Of a stretch of DNA of 64,000 nucleotides, positions 1-9,449 are shown in pieces. Below the pieces are notes generated by a model. That model did not search any database. It was not told where the DNA came from and worked only from the letters and a program-made list of their open reading frames with translations. Source of the stretch: an uncultured Atopobium sp. (GTDB taxonomy: Bacteria > Actinomycetota > Coriobacteriia > Coriobacteriales > Atopobiaceae); contig CALIAD010000047.1 of NCBI GenBank assembly GCA_938041635.1, positions 2,663 to 66,662 of the forward strand. The letters run 5' to 3'. Each line of letters starts with the position of its first letter. Positions within the stretch are counted from its first letter, which is position 1. The translations under genes were made by a program, and so were the position numbers.

Positions 1-2
1 TG

Positions 3-272
3 TTTGAGAAGTTGTACGAATACGAGTTGTCCTCGCTTAAATCTGGTGATCAGAGTCTTGCAATCTTTAAGCATCATATTGAGCCAGTAAGCAGGCACCT
101 TTCTAGGTACGGCCATACGTATGACTGGAAGAGTGACGTGCATCGTACTGTTGTTGATTTTATTTCCGCAATGACCGATGACTACTTTGTGGCTACCTGT
201 GAAGCACTTTTCCCAGAAGCTCAGGAGCTCTTTCCAAAGAGGAGCTACTTTGCAGAAGGGGTACGTGCGTAA
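3..272 (+). CDS. C-terminal fragment of an unidentified protein (frame open to the window edge)
   Basis: The frame is open from nt 3 (FEK precedes the TTG at 12) to the TAA at 270-272. I recognise no motif. Confidence 0.3.
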   Translation, partial: FEKLYEYELSSLKSGDQSLAIFKHHIEPVSRHLSRYGHTYDWKSDVHRTVVDFISAMTDDYFVATCEALFPEAQELFPKRSYFAEGVRA

Positions 273-377
273 GGTTTACCACTCAGTCACGGTGTGGCAA
301 ACGGGCACGTAAAGAGCATTTGTGCTGAGCGGGCTTCTCGCCAAGCTTTTATGTTTGAGACGGGGTAAAATATCTGC

Positions 378-1709
378 ATGGATACTTTATTTTCTGGCAT
401 GGAACGTGCCGCTAAAAAAGCTAATGCACCACTTGCTGCCCGCATGCGTCCTACCACGCTTGATGGATACGTGGGTCAGGAAGATGCGGTTGGTCAGGGC
501 TCCTGGCTGCGCAAGGCAATTGAGCACGATACACTCTCGTCCGTCCTGCTGTATGGTCCAGCTGGCACTGGTAAGACCACACTTGCACGCATTATTGCAC
601 ATACAACACACGCAGAATTTGTAGAAGTATCTGCAATTACGGGAACTGTTAAAGATCTTCGCAGAGAGATTGAGGCCGCAGAATCAAGGCTTTTAACTGC
701 AGGTAGAAGAACTATTCTGTTCATTGATGAGATTCATCGTTTTACGCGCTCTCAGCAAGATGCCTTGCTTCACGCAGTAGAAGACAGAATAGTTGTACTT
801 ATTGGCGCTACTACAGAAAACCCTTACTTTGAGGTTAACAGCGCTCTGATTTCTCGCTCTCGTGTAGTGGAGCTGCATGCATTGTCAGATGAGGCAATCG
901 ATGAGCTCATCCAACGAGCACTCGAGTCAGAAGATGGTCTAGCTGGCGCATTTGTCCTGGATGAAGATGCTCGTAAAGAGATTGTGACGCTTGCAGGCGG
1001 AGATGGTCGCGCAGCCCTAACTTCTCTTGAGCTTGCTTCTCAGATGGTTGACGTTCCAGAATCTGCTGATAGTAAGACATCTGTTCCGCTTGTTATCACC
1101 AAGCAAAACGTTCTTGAGGCAAATCCTCGTCGCGGGCTTCCCTACGATAAAGCAGGAGATATGCACTATGACATTATCTCTGCGTTTATTAAGTCCATGC
1201 GTGGCTCAGACCCAGATGCCGCACTCTATTGGCTTGCGCGCATGATTGATGCAGGTGAGGACCCTAAATTTATTGCTCGACGCATTATGATTTTGGCCTC
1301 AGAAGATATTGGCAATGCCGATCCTCAGGCGCTGCTCATTGCACATGCAGCATTCAGGTCAGCTGAGGTCATTGGATATCCCGAGTGCAGGATTAACCTT
1401 GCGCAAGCAGTAATTTATATGGCGCTTGCTCCAAAATCTAATGCTGCAGAAGCAGGTATTGATGCCGCTCTCCATGAGGTTAGAACAGGTCCAAGGCGAG
1501 AAGTTCCAAGTTACTTAAGAGATCGTACGCGTCCTGGTTCTGAAGAGTATGGCAATTACCTCTATCCTCACAATTATCCTGGGGGATGGATTGAACAGCG
1601 TTATCTTCCAGAAGGACTTGAACGTGGTGCGTTCTTCTCGCCATCTCCAAGAGGTTGGGAAGCGTGGAGAATTGCAGCTACAGAGCGTGACCGTCACGAG
1701 GAAGTCTAG
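378..1709 (+). CDS. rarA: Replication-associated recombination protein A (AAA+ ATPase, MgsA/RarA)
   Basis: 443-aa ORF with Walker A LLYGPAGTGKTTLARIIA and Walker B ILFIDEIHRF. The C-terminal MgsA-type helical domain is present (DPDAALYWLARM, EDIGNADP). Confidence 0.9.
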   Translation: MDTLFSGMERAAKKANAPLAARMRPTTLDGYVGQEDAVGQGSWLRKAIEHDTLSSVLLYGPAGTGKTTLARIIAHTTHAEFVEVSAITGTVKDLRREIEAAESRLLTAGRRTILFIDEIHRFTRSQQDALLHAVEDRIVVLIGATTENPYFEVNSALISRSRVVELHALSDEAIDELIQRALESEDGLAGAFVLDEDARKEIVTLAGGDGRAALTSLELASQMVDVPESADSKTSVPLVITKQNVLEANPRRGLPYDKAGDMHYDIISAFIKSMRGSDPDAALYWLARMIDAGEDPKFIARRIMILASEDIGNADPQALLIAHAAFRSAEVIGYPECRINLAQAVIYMALAPKSNAAEAGIDAALHEVRTGPRREVPSYLRDRTRPGSEEYGNYLYPHNYPGGWIEQRYLPEGLERGAFFSPSPRGWEAWRIAATERDRHEEV

Positions 1710-1733
1710 GATTTTGAATTACCTAAGTGGGAG

Positions 1734-1758
1734 CATTAAGAGGACGCTCCTCGGGTAG
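1734..1758 (+). promoter_or_regulatory. Candidate sigma-B-type promoter (CATTAA-N13-GGGTAG) upstream of the DUF948/anti-sigma/sigma operon
   Basis: CATTAA lies at 1734-1739 and GGGTAG at 1753-1758, with a 13-nt spacer, about 43 nt before the ATG at 1801. Match to GTTTAA-N12-15-GGGTAT is 4/6 and 5/6. Confidence 0.35.
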
Positions 1759-1800
1759 AATAGAAAGAACTGTAACCGTTAGCTTTGAGGGATGGCATAG

Positions 1801-2412
1801 ATGGATTACTTACAGATTGCCCTTGTAGTCTTAGCCGTAGCTGGTATTTGGGCTATTGTCGAGGTCGCTCTGACCCTAAGAACAACAAGAAAGTCAATTA
1901 CTGAGATTACACTCTCAGCTAACAACACTATTGAGCAGATTCAACCTGTTATTTCAAAAATTGATGGCATGGTTGATGAGCTTGATCCAACTATCAAGCA
2001 GCTACCTGCACTCATGCAGAAGGTTGATGAGGCTGCAGAGAACGCTAATACCTCTCTTGAAAGTCTTAACGTGGTTCTTGGTGACGTGGCTACTGTCTCC
2101 GGAGCTGCATCTGCAGTAACTGCAACAGTCAGTAAGGCTGCAAGCGATGCGGTAACAGGCGTTGTTGAGTCTGTTTCAAAGCTAGGAACTGGTCTTGGCG
2201 GATCTTTGAATCCTTCCAAGCTTGCTGAGGTAGCTCAGGCTCGCCTGAGCGGTGCGACTGCTTCTGCACAACAGAGTGCACAGCGTGCTCAAGAGTATCT
2301 TGAGGAGCTTCCTCTGCTTTCTCAGGACAAGACAAAGCATTCTAAACCAGCTCGCACTGAGCAGTTCTATATTGAGTACGGTTCTGAGTCTTCTCAGAAG
2401 TCTGAGGAGTAG
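1801..2412 (+). CDS. DUF948-like membrane-anchored coiled-coil protein (general-stress type)
   Basis: It has an N-terminal TM helix (IALVVLAVAGIWAIVEVALTL). This is followed by Ala/Ser/Thr-rich helical repeats typical of DUF948 proteins. An RBS GAGGGA precedes the ATG. Confidence 0.6.
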   Translation: MDYLQIALVVLAVAGIWAIVEVALTLRTTRKSITEITLSANNTIEQIQPVISKIDGMVDELDPTIKQLPALMQKVDEAAENANTSLESLNVVLGDVATVSGAASAVTATVSKAASDAVTGVVESVSKLGTGLGGSLNPSKLAEVAQARLSGATASAQQSAQRAQEYLEELPLLSQDKTKHSKPARTEQFYIEYGSESSQKSEE

Positions 2413-2418
2413 ATTGTA

Positions 2419-2802
2419 ATGGCACAAAAAATTGTTGAGCTTTCCGCTCCAGCAGATCCAACATTTGCTCGTTCAGTCAGAATGATGGCTGCTAATCTTG
2501 CTGTTTTGTGCAAGATGAACGTTGATGAGCTTGAAGATGTCAAAATGGCCGCAGAAGAGGGCTTTGTCTTTGCTTGCGGCACTCAAAAAGACTCTGTAGA
2601 TATTACGTTTACCCTCGAAGACAATACTATGGCTATTGATTTTGACTTGGGTGATGAGGATCCAGTTGAGTCTGAGGTAGATAATTCTCAGCCACTAGAA
2701 CTTGTAGAGTTACTACTCTCCGCTATTTGTGATGAGTTTGCGCTTAGCGATGACGGTTATACACTTCATCTTGTAAAGATTTCTGGCGGTGCACATGCCT
2801 AA
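2419..2802 (+). CDS. Small acidic RsbW/SpoIIAB-like protein with degenerate ATP-binding motifs (putative anti-sigma factor)
   Basis: 127 aa, with the layout of a HATPase_c_2 anti-sigma kinase. It reads EEGFVFAC where the N-box Asn is expected, DFDLGDED in place of DxGxG, and has no G2 box. Its 3' end overlaps the sigma gene by 8-14 nt. Confidence 0.4.
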   Translation: MAQKIVELSAPADPTFARSVRMMAANLAVLCKMNVDELEDVKMAAEEGFVFACGTQKDSVDITFTLEDNTMAIDFDLGDEDPVESEVDNSQPLELVELLLSAICDEFALSDDGYTLHLVKISGGAHA

Positions 2803-3649
2803 ACCTGAAGCTAACGAGGCAGTACAGGCATCTGCAGAAGAGCAGAAAGCCGCAAGAAGAGCTGCTCGCCGTGCTTCTAAAGGTACCCCGGCCTGGGATA
2901 AAGATAGAACACGAAAGCTCTTTGCCCAATATAAAGAAACAAAAGACCCTGAGGTAAGAGACCAGCTTATTGTGAGTCACTTAAACCTCGTGCGCTTTTT
3001 GGCCTCCAAGTTTAAAAACCGTGGAGAACCTCTTGATGATTTGATTCAGGTGGGAACCATTGGACTTATCAAGGCAATTGATAGGTTTGAGCCTGATCGT
3101 GGTCTTGAATTTACAACATATGCAACGCCAACCATCATGGGAGAAATCAAGCGTCACTTCCGCGATAAAGGCTGGTCAGTACGTGTTCCTCGTCGTTTGC
3201 AGGAGCTTTCGTCCAAGATTAATCAGGTCACTGATGATTTGACTAAAGAGCTGCAAAGAAGCCCTTCAATTGAAGAGATCGCCCAGCGCCTTGATACTAA
3301 CGTTGAAGAGGTTCTTGAGGCTATGGAGTCTTCTAGCGCTTATAGCTCTGTTCCTCTCGAGGGAGGCGGCTCTGGTGCTGATGGCGACGAGACTCCTTCA
3401 ATCATTGATCAGTATGTGACCGAAGATGAGGATCTTGCTGGTTCTGATGACCGCATTGTTCTTGAAGAGGCCATTAGAGACTTCTCGCCACGAGAGCAAG
3501 AGATTATTCGTATGCGTTTTGTTGAAGGTCTTACTCAGGTAGAGATTGCGGAGAAACTTAATATCTCTCAGGTACAGGTTTCAAGGCTGCTTCGTCGCAC
3601 CTTAAAGCGTATCCAAGAAAAGATTGACCCAGAAAGCGTGAATCGTTAA
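2789..3649 (+). CDS. RNA polymerase sigma factor, SigB/SigF/SigG (group 3) family
   Basis: Region 2 reads DLIQVGTIGLIKAIDRFEPDRGLEFTTYATPTIMGEIKRHFRD. The region 4 HTH reads LTQVEIAEKLNISQVQVSRLLRR. The start is GTG 2789 or ATG 2795, followed by a basic Ala-rich N-terminal extension. Confidence 0.85.
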   Translation: MHMPKPEANEAVQASAEEQKAARRAARRASKGTPAWDKDRTRKLFAQYKETKDPEVRDQLIVSHLNLVRFLASKFKNRGEPLDDLIQVGTIGLIKAIDRFEPDRGLEFTTYATPTIMGEIKRHFRDKGWSVRVPRRLQELSSKINQVTDDLTKELQRSPSIEEIAQRLDTNVEEVLEAMESSSAYSSVPLEGGGSGADGDETPSIIDQYVTEDEDLAGSDDRIVLEEAIRDFSPREQEIIRMRFVEGLTQVEIAEKLNISQVQVSRLLRRTLKRIQEKIDPESVNR

Positions 3650-5031
3650 TGGATCAAAAGCATCAAAACTTCTCCGATTCATCTCAAAAATGGAAACAAC
3701 GTGGCTTAATGGTGTGGACAGTCATTGGTCTGGCCGCATTGTTTGCACTTGCATTGTATGTTCTTGGCATCCTGGGACAGGCTGTTGAGCTGCTCGCCAT
3801 TGGCGCAATTGTTGCGTTTGTCTGCAGCCCTGTTACCAATTGGCTTGAAGACAGGGGAGTGCCTCGTGGCATTTCCGCTCTTATCGCGCTTGTTCTTACG
3901 CTCATTGTGCTGGTAGGATTTTTGATTTTGATTGCGCAGCCATTGGTATTTGAGCTTACTACGCTACTCAGAAACGCTCCTTCGTATGCAAGTCAGATAG
4001 GAGCAATGGCAAGGGAGTTTTGGCAGAACTTTGACACTCAAAGTAACCCTGCTGTTAGACAGACGGTAGAACTTGCAATTGAACAGGCATCAAGTATTGG
4101 AATATCAGTTGCTTCTGGTATTTTGAGTTGGCTTTCCACATCTGCTTTAGGCAACATCTCTTCTATGGCAAACCAACTCATGGTCTTCTTCTTAGGCCTA
4201 GTGCTTGCCTATTGGTTGGCTAAAGATTATCCAGTTATTGTCCGTGAGATGGCTATTATTGCTGGTCCTCAAAAAGAGAATGAGTTCAGACTTATTCTTG
4301 CAATCTTAAGTAGATCTACCAGTGGATATATGCGAGGCACTATCATTACCTCTGCGGTTAATGGCATTCTTGTGTACTTTGGGTGTCTGATTTTAGGCAA
4401 CCCTTATGCCGCTCTTATTGGCATGGTTACAGGAATCTTCCATATTATTCCTGTAGTTGGACCGGTTTTCTCGGCAGGTATTGCTCTTATTTTGAGCATC
4501 TTAGTAGACCCTGTCATGACCGTATGGACTATCGTTATCTTGATGGTTGCACAAAACGTTGTTGATAACGTGCTTTCACCTTTGGTTATGGCAACTAGCG
4601 TTAAAGTTCACCCGGGTCTTTCGCTCGTTGGTATTGTCATTGGCAGCGCTCTTGGCGGAGTAGTTGGAACTATTCTTGCCATACCTTTGACAGCAGCACT
4701 GAGGGGCATCTTTGTGTACTTCTTTGAGAAGTATTCGGGCAGACAGATCGTCTCGCCAAATGGTGCGTTTTTTAACTCTACCCAGTATGTGGATGAGACA
4801 GGCGCCATCCTTCCAGAATATGACGCTCTGGACGATCCGAAGTTCTTTGAGGAGTCGCGTCTTGTTGATCAAGACACTACAGCTCATGTGCGCAGCAAGT
4901 CTTCAGCTCCCGCGCCCAAGATTCTTGGACATGATTTTTCTCAGTTACTTTTTAGGAATACTCAAGAAGTTACTAAGGAACCAGATAAACCATCGTCAGA
5001 TGCGGTAGACTCAGACAGTACAAAAGAGTAG
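3649..5031 (+). CDS. AI-2E family (PerM/UPF0118) transporter
   Basis: 460 aa with multiple hydrophobic helices and a family-typical IIPVVGPVFS segment. It has a cytoplasmic tail of about 100 aa. The ATG overlaps the sigma gene stop (TAATG). Confidence 0.8.
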   Translation: MDQKHQNFSDSSQKWKQRGLMVWTVIGLAALFALALYVLGILGQAVELLAIGAIVAFVCSPVTNWLEDRGVPRGISALIALVLTLIVLVGFLILIAQPLVFELTTLLRNAPSYASQIGAMAREFWQNFDTQSNPAVRQTVELAIEQASSIGISVASGILSWLSTSALGNISSMANQLMVFFLGLVLAYWLAKDYPVIVREMAIIAGPQKENEFRLILAILSRSTSGYMRGTIITSAVNGILVYFGCLILGNPYAALIGMVTGIFHIIPVVGPVFSAGIALILSILVDPVMTVWTIVILMVAQNVVDNVLSPLVMATSVKVHPGLSLVGIVIGSALGGVVGTILAIPLTAALRGIFVYFFEKYSGRQIVSPNGAFFNSTQYVDETGAILPEYDALDDPKFFEESRLVDQDTTAHVRSKSSAPAPKILGHDFSQLLFRNTQEVTKEPDKPSSDAVDSDSTKE

Positions 5032-5056
5032 TTATTTGAATACGGAGAAGTACTTT

Positions 5057-7702
5057 ATGGCTGACTATAAAACAATGACAACAGCAGAGATTCGCGAGGA
5101 CTTCCTAAGCTTCTTTGAGAGCAAGGGTTGCAAGCGCTATCCTTCTTCATCTCTGGTGCCTTCTGATCCTTCGCTGCTTCTTGCTAATGCTGGCATGAAC
5201 CAGTTCAAGGAATATTACCAGGGCATCAAGACTATGAAGGAGATTGGCGCAACTTCCTGCCAGAAGTGCCTTCGTACTAACGATATTGACAACATTGGCG
5301 ACTCTCGCCATCTCTCATTCTTTGAGATGCTGGGCAACTTCTCCTTTGGTGGTTACACCAAGCGCGATGCATGTACCTGGGCAATGGAGTTTATCTCTTC
5401 TCCAGAGCACCTTGGCCTGCCTCTTGATCGCCTGTACTTTACTGTTTTTACTGACGACGATGAGGCAATTGAGATCTGGAAGTCGCTTGGCGTAGCAGAA
5501 GATCACATCACCCGCCTGGGCGAGGAGGACAACTTCTGGGCAGCTGGCCCAACTGGTCCTTGCGGTCCTTGCTCCGAGATTTACTTTGACCAGGGTCCTG
5601 AGTTTGAGGGAGAGGCTCCTGGAGACGATGGTGACCGCTATCTTGAGTTCTGGAACCTCGTCTTTACTCAGTTTGACCGCCAGGAAGATGGCTCTCTGCC
5701 TGAGCTTCCTCACCGCAACATCGATACCGGCATGGGCCTTGAGCGCATTGCAGCTATCATGCAGCATGAGGGCACCAACTACGAGGGCGACATCATGCGT
5801 TCCCTCATCTCCTTGGGCGAGAAACTCTCTGGTAAAAAGTATCACTCAACTGATGAGGTCGACCGCAGCCTGCGCATTCTTGCAGATCACTCTCGTGCAG
5901 TTACCTTTATGATTGGTGATGGTATTCTCCCTGGTAACGAGGGTAGAAGCTACATTCTTCGCCGCCTGCTCCGTCGCGCTGTCTACCACGGCCGCTTACT
6001 GGGCATTCAGGGCACCTTTATGGCAGAGTACGCACATGAGGTTGCTGTTCTGCTTGGCGCAGAATACCCAGAGCTTGTCGAGAAGAGCGCTCTTATCGAC
6101 GGCATTCTGACTGCAGAAGAGGAGCGCTTTGGCGCTACGCTTGACGCAGGCGAGTCTAAGCTTACTGCAGAGCTTGAGCAGCTTGAGGACGGCGCACAGC
6201 TTTCTGGTGAGGTTGCCTTCCTTCTGCATGATACCTACGGATTCCCTATTGATCTTACTCGTGAGATTGCTGCAAATGCAGGTCACGTTGTTGACATGAA
6301 CGCCTTTGATGCTGCAATGACTGAGCAGCGTGAGCGCGCTCGTAAGTCTGCTAACCGCGATGCCTGGGGTAACGCTCAGAGCATTTGGGTTGCACTCTCT
6401 GACCGCCTTGATGAGACCGTCTTTGACGGCTACGACAACAACGAGCTCTCCGGTGTTCGTGTTGTTGCTCTTGTTCAGGACGGACAGGAGGTTGAGTCCG
6501 CCGCTGCTGGCTCTGAGGTTGAGGTTGTACTTGACCGCACACCTTTCTATGCAGAGATGGGCGGCCAGGTTGGTGATACCGGCAAGCTGACAGCTCCTGG
6601 TCTCTACGTTCACGTCACTGATACCAAGCACCGTGACGGCGGCCTTGAGTCACACGTTGGCGTGGTAGAGGAGGGCACCATCTCTGTTGGTGATTCAGTC
6701 ACCGCAACCATTGATGCCGGCCGTCGTGAGCTAATCCGCCGCAACCACACGGCAACTCACCTACTTGACGCAGCCCTCAAAAAGGTTTTGGGTGACCACG
6801 TGAACCAGGCTGGTTCTCTTGTTGCTCCAGATCGTATGCGCTTTGACTTTACGCACTTTGAGGCTCTTACCAAAGATGAGCTCGATCGCATTGAGGGCAT
6901 GGTTAACGCAGAGATTTTTGCTGCTAAGCCTGTTGTTACTCAGATTATGAGCATCGAGGATGCAAAGGCCGCTGGTGCTGTTGCACTCTTTGGCGAGAAG
7001 TACGGTGATGTCGTACGCGTTGTCTCTGCTGGTGCAGAAGACACTCCATTCTCTCGTGAGCTCTGCGGTGGTACTCATGCACGCAACACAGCAGACCTTG
7101 GCCTCTTCAAGATTATTTCTGAGAGCTCCGTTGGTTCTAACTCAAGGCGTATTGAGGCTGTAACTTCTATGGGCGCTATCGAGTACGTTGATGAGCGCTT
7201 GGCTCAGCTTGATGAGGTTGCCGCAGCTCTGAAGGTTCGTCCTTCTGCTGTTGCAGACCGCGTTGAGCAGCTGCAGCAAGATCTTCGCACTGCAAACCAT
7301 AAGCTTGAGGCCGCTCTTACCGGAGCAGGCAGCAACCAGGTAGCAGAAGCACTTAAGTCCGCTGTTCAGCTTAATGGCTATAGCTGCGTAATTGCTAAGC
7401 TTGAGGGCCTTTCTGGCAAAGAACTTCGCTCCGCATGGGACGGCATCCGCGATGCATCTGACGGCCAGCCTGTTGCTTGCGTCATTGCATCCGCAACCGC
7501 TGACGGTAAGGTTTCCCTGCTTGCAGGTGCCACTGATTCTGCAGTTGCAGCGGGCTTCTCGGCAGGAGATATTGTCAAAGAGATTGCAGAGTTTGTTGGT
7601 GGCCGTGGTGGCGGTAAGCCAGCAATGGCGCAGGCAGGTGGCTCAAACGCTGCAGGAATTGATGCTGCGCTTGAGGCTGCAAAAACAAAGCTTGGTGCGT
7701 AA
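5057..7702 (+). CDS. alaS: Alanine--tRNA ligase
   Basis: Class II AlaRS core, editing-domain motifs HTATHLL and CGGTH, and the C-terminal DHHA1 GGGKP. I prefer ATG 5057, which has a GGAG 8 nt upstream, over the TTG at 5036 in the ORF track. Confidence 0.95.
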   Translation: MADYKTMTTAEIREDFLSFFESKGCKRYPSSSLVPSDPSLLLANAGMNQFKEYYQGIKTMKEIGATSCQKCLRTNDIDNIGDSRHLSFFEMLGNFSFGGYTKRDACTWAMEFISSPEHLGLPLDRLYFTVFTDDDEAIEIWKSLGVAEDHITRLGEEDNFWAAGPTGPCGPCSEIYFDQGPEFEGEAPGDDGDRYLEFWNLVFTQFDRQEDGSLPELPHRNIDTGMGLERIAAIMQHEGTNYEGDIMRSLISLGEKLSGKKYHSTDEVDRSLRILADHSRAVTFMIGDGILPGNEGRSYILRRLLRRAVYHGRLLGIQGTFMAEYAHEVAVLLGAEYPELVEKSALIDGILTAEEERFGATLDAGESKLTAELEQLEDGAQLSGEVAFLLHDTYGFPIDLTREIAANAGHVVDMNAFDAAMTEQRERARKSANRDAWGNAQSIWVALSDRLDETVFDGYDNNELSGVRVVALVQDGQEVESAAAGSEVEVVLDRTPFYAEMGGQVGDTGKLTAPGLYVHVTDTKHRDGGLESHVGVVEEGTISVGDSVTATIDAGRRELIRRNHTATHLLDAALKKVLGDHVNQAGSLVAPDRMRFDFTHFEALTKDELDRIEGMVNAEIFAAKPVVTQIMSIEDAKAAGAVALFGEKYGDVVRVVSAGAEDTPFSRELCGGTHARNTADLGLFKIISESSVGSNSRRIEAVTSMGAIEYVDERLAQLDEVAAALKVRPSAVADRVEQLQQDLRTANHKLEAALTGAGSNQVAEALKSAVQLNGYSCVIAKLEGLSGKELRSAWDGIRDASDGQPVACVIASATADGKVSLLAGATDSAVAAGFSAGDIVKEIAEFVGGRGGGKPAMAQAGGSNAAGIDAALEAAKTKLGA

Positions 7703-7705
7703 CGT

Positions 7706-8128
7706 TTGCGCGTTTTAGCTTTAGATATTGGTGAAGTTCGCATCGGGGTTGCTGTAAGTGACCCCGATGGTGCTATTGCATCACCTGTTTGCGTGCTACC
7801 TGCGCAAGAGGTGCTCTCACATGCACGTACGTTTAAAGCTGTGCTTGAAGATTGGGAGCCAGAACTGCTTTTGTGCGGTCGTCCTAAAACGCTCGCCGGC
7901 GAAGATGGACCACAGGCCCAAAAAATTACCGCTCAAGCTGAGCAAATTGCGAAGAACTGCCAACTTCCATTAGAATTTACTGACGAAAGACTTTCTTCTG
8001 CGGAAGCAAAGAAGATTCTTCGAGCGCAAGGTTTATCTGAAAAAGCCATGCGTGGAAAAGTTGACATGGTTGCTGCTTCGCTCTTTTTGCAATCATGGCT
8101 TGATGCACAGATGAATAAGGGAGACTAA
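7706..8128 (+). CDS. ruvX: Holliday junction resolvase-like nuclease RuvX (YqgF)
   Basis: 140 aa with the N-terminal RVLALDIGEVRIGVAVSD motif. It sits in the conserved position directly after alaS. Confidence 0.9.
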   Translation: MRVLALDIGEVRIGVAVSDPDGAIASPVCVLPAQEVLSHARTFKAVLEDWEPELLLCGRPKTLAGEDGPQAQKITAQAEQIAKNCQLPLEFTDERLSSAEAKKILRAQGLSEKAMRGKVDMVAASLFLQSWLDAQMNKGD

Positions 8129-9439
8129 ATGCCCACCCTATCCAATGGTTCTTCTCCGCGTCGTCAGGGCGCACATTTTTCTTCTCCTGTTCCAGAAGGA
8201 CAGGTTCAGGAAGAGCAGGCTCAGCAGGAACAGATCACGCATCCTTCAGTTGAGGCTACAGGATCGCTACCTGCACTTACCGGTGGCAAGCTTTCTTCAA
8301 GAAGCGCTCAAGTCACTCATATGGCAAAGAACAAGCAGGTAAAGCATAGAGATAAGAAGGCTTCAAAGCGTTCTCGTATTTTTGCGGCACTTATCGCTTT
8401 TATCATGGTTGCGGCCCTTGGCATCTTTGTATGGAAAGTAGCTCTTCCAGAGCTTTCTCGTGCTAATTCCGATACACAAGAAATTACCGCAGGTCAGCAA
8501 GTTACCGTTACTATTCCAGATGGTGCTGGTGCGCAGGAAGTCGCAAAGATTCTTTTTGAGAACAAAATTATTGCTACTAAGAGCGAGTTTTTAAACCAGG
8601 TAAAGCGTCAGGATGCTGAGCAGAAAATCAAGAGCGGTATCTATGTTATTACCACTGGTACCAAGCCAGCAGACATCGTTCATCTGCTTATTTCTGGCCC
8701 TAATGCTCCTGGTAGTGGCTTTGTCGTACCAGAGGGTTATACCGTTTCTCAGGTTGCTGATTTGGTTCAGGACTACTTTGGTATTTCTCGCGATGATTTC
8801 TTGAATCAGGCAAAAGCATCCAATTATGTTGCTGACTATCCGTTCCTTGCTGGTGCGGTAGATGCTAATGATTCTCTTGAGGGCTACTTGTTCCCCAAGA
8901 CCTATACCTTTACAGAAAGCAATGTAACTGCCGATACGGTCATCCGTGCCATGCTTGATCAGTTTGAGACAGAGACAGCTGATCTTAACCTGGACGCTGC
9001 TCGCATCACGCTTAATAAGCGTTACAACTTGAATCTTACAAACGAGCAAATCATTATCATGGCATCGATTATTGAGCGAGAAGCCCTGACTGATGATGAC
9101 CGTCCTAAGGTTGCATCTGTCTTCTACAACCGCCTGTACGATGATATGTATCTCCAAAGCGATGCTACTCTTGCTTATTCCCTGGGTAGGGAAGCTACCG
9201 CAGAAGACCTCAGCTCGATGACAAGCGACCCATATAACACCTATGCGTTTAAGGGTTTGACTCCTACACCTATTTGCTCCCCAGGTTATGCCTCTATTAA
9301 GGCGGCTATGGATCCAGCAGCAACCAATTATTACTACTTCTGGATTACCTCGGATGAGCACGTCTTCTCAGAGACGTACGACGAGCATCAGCAGGCTATT
9401 GAAAACGCACGCGAGCGTGAAGCTGCAAGTAAGCAATAG
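8129..9439 (+). CDS. mltG: Endolytic murein transglycosylase MltG (YceG fold)
   Basis: It has a disordered cytoplasmic N-terminus of about 90 aa and one TM helix. The YceG domain contains ASIIEREALTDDDRPKVASVFYNRL. It follows ruvX, as in many genomes. Confidence 0.9.
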   Translation: MPTLSNGSSPRRQGAHFSSPVPEGQVQEEQAQQEQITHPSVEATGSLPALTGGKLSSRSAQVTHMAKNKQVKHRDKKASKRSRIFAALIAFIMVAALGIFVWKVALPELSRANSDTQEITAGQQVTVTIPDGAGAQEVAKILFENKIIATKSEFLNQVKRQDAEQKIKSGIYVITTGTKPADIVHLLISGPNAPGSGFVVPEGYTVSQVADLVQDYFGISRDDFLNQAKASNYVADYPFLAGAVDANDSLEGYLFPKTYTFTESNVTADTVIRAMLDQFETETADLNLDAARITLNKRYNLNLTNEQIIIMASIIEREALTDDDRPKVASVFYNRLYDDMYLQSDATLAYSLGREATAEDLSSMTSDPYNTYAFKGLTPTPICSPGYASIKAAMDPAATNYYYFWITSDEHVFSETYDEHQQAIENAREREAASKQ

Positions 9440-9449
9440 CTGGTGTGGC

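Noticed and set aside
5032-5056. T-box or other leader for alaS.
   Set aside because: Only about 25 nt separate the AI-2E gene stop from the alaS start, which leaves no room for a T-box. alaS appears to be co-transcribed with the upstream operon.
8591-9361. A 256-aa minus-strand ORF inside mltG.
   Set aside because: It is antisense to the YceG domain of mltG, with no motifs. It is a shadow ORF.
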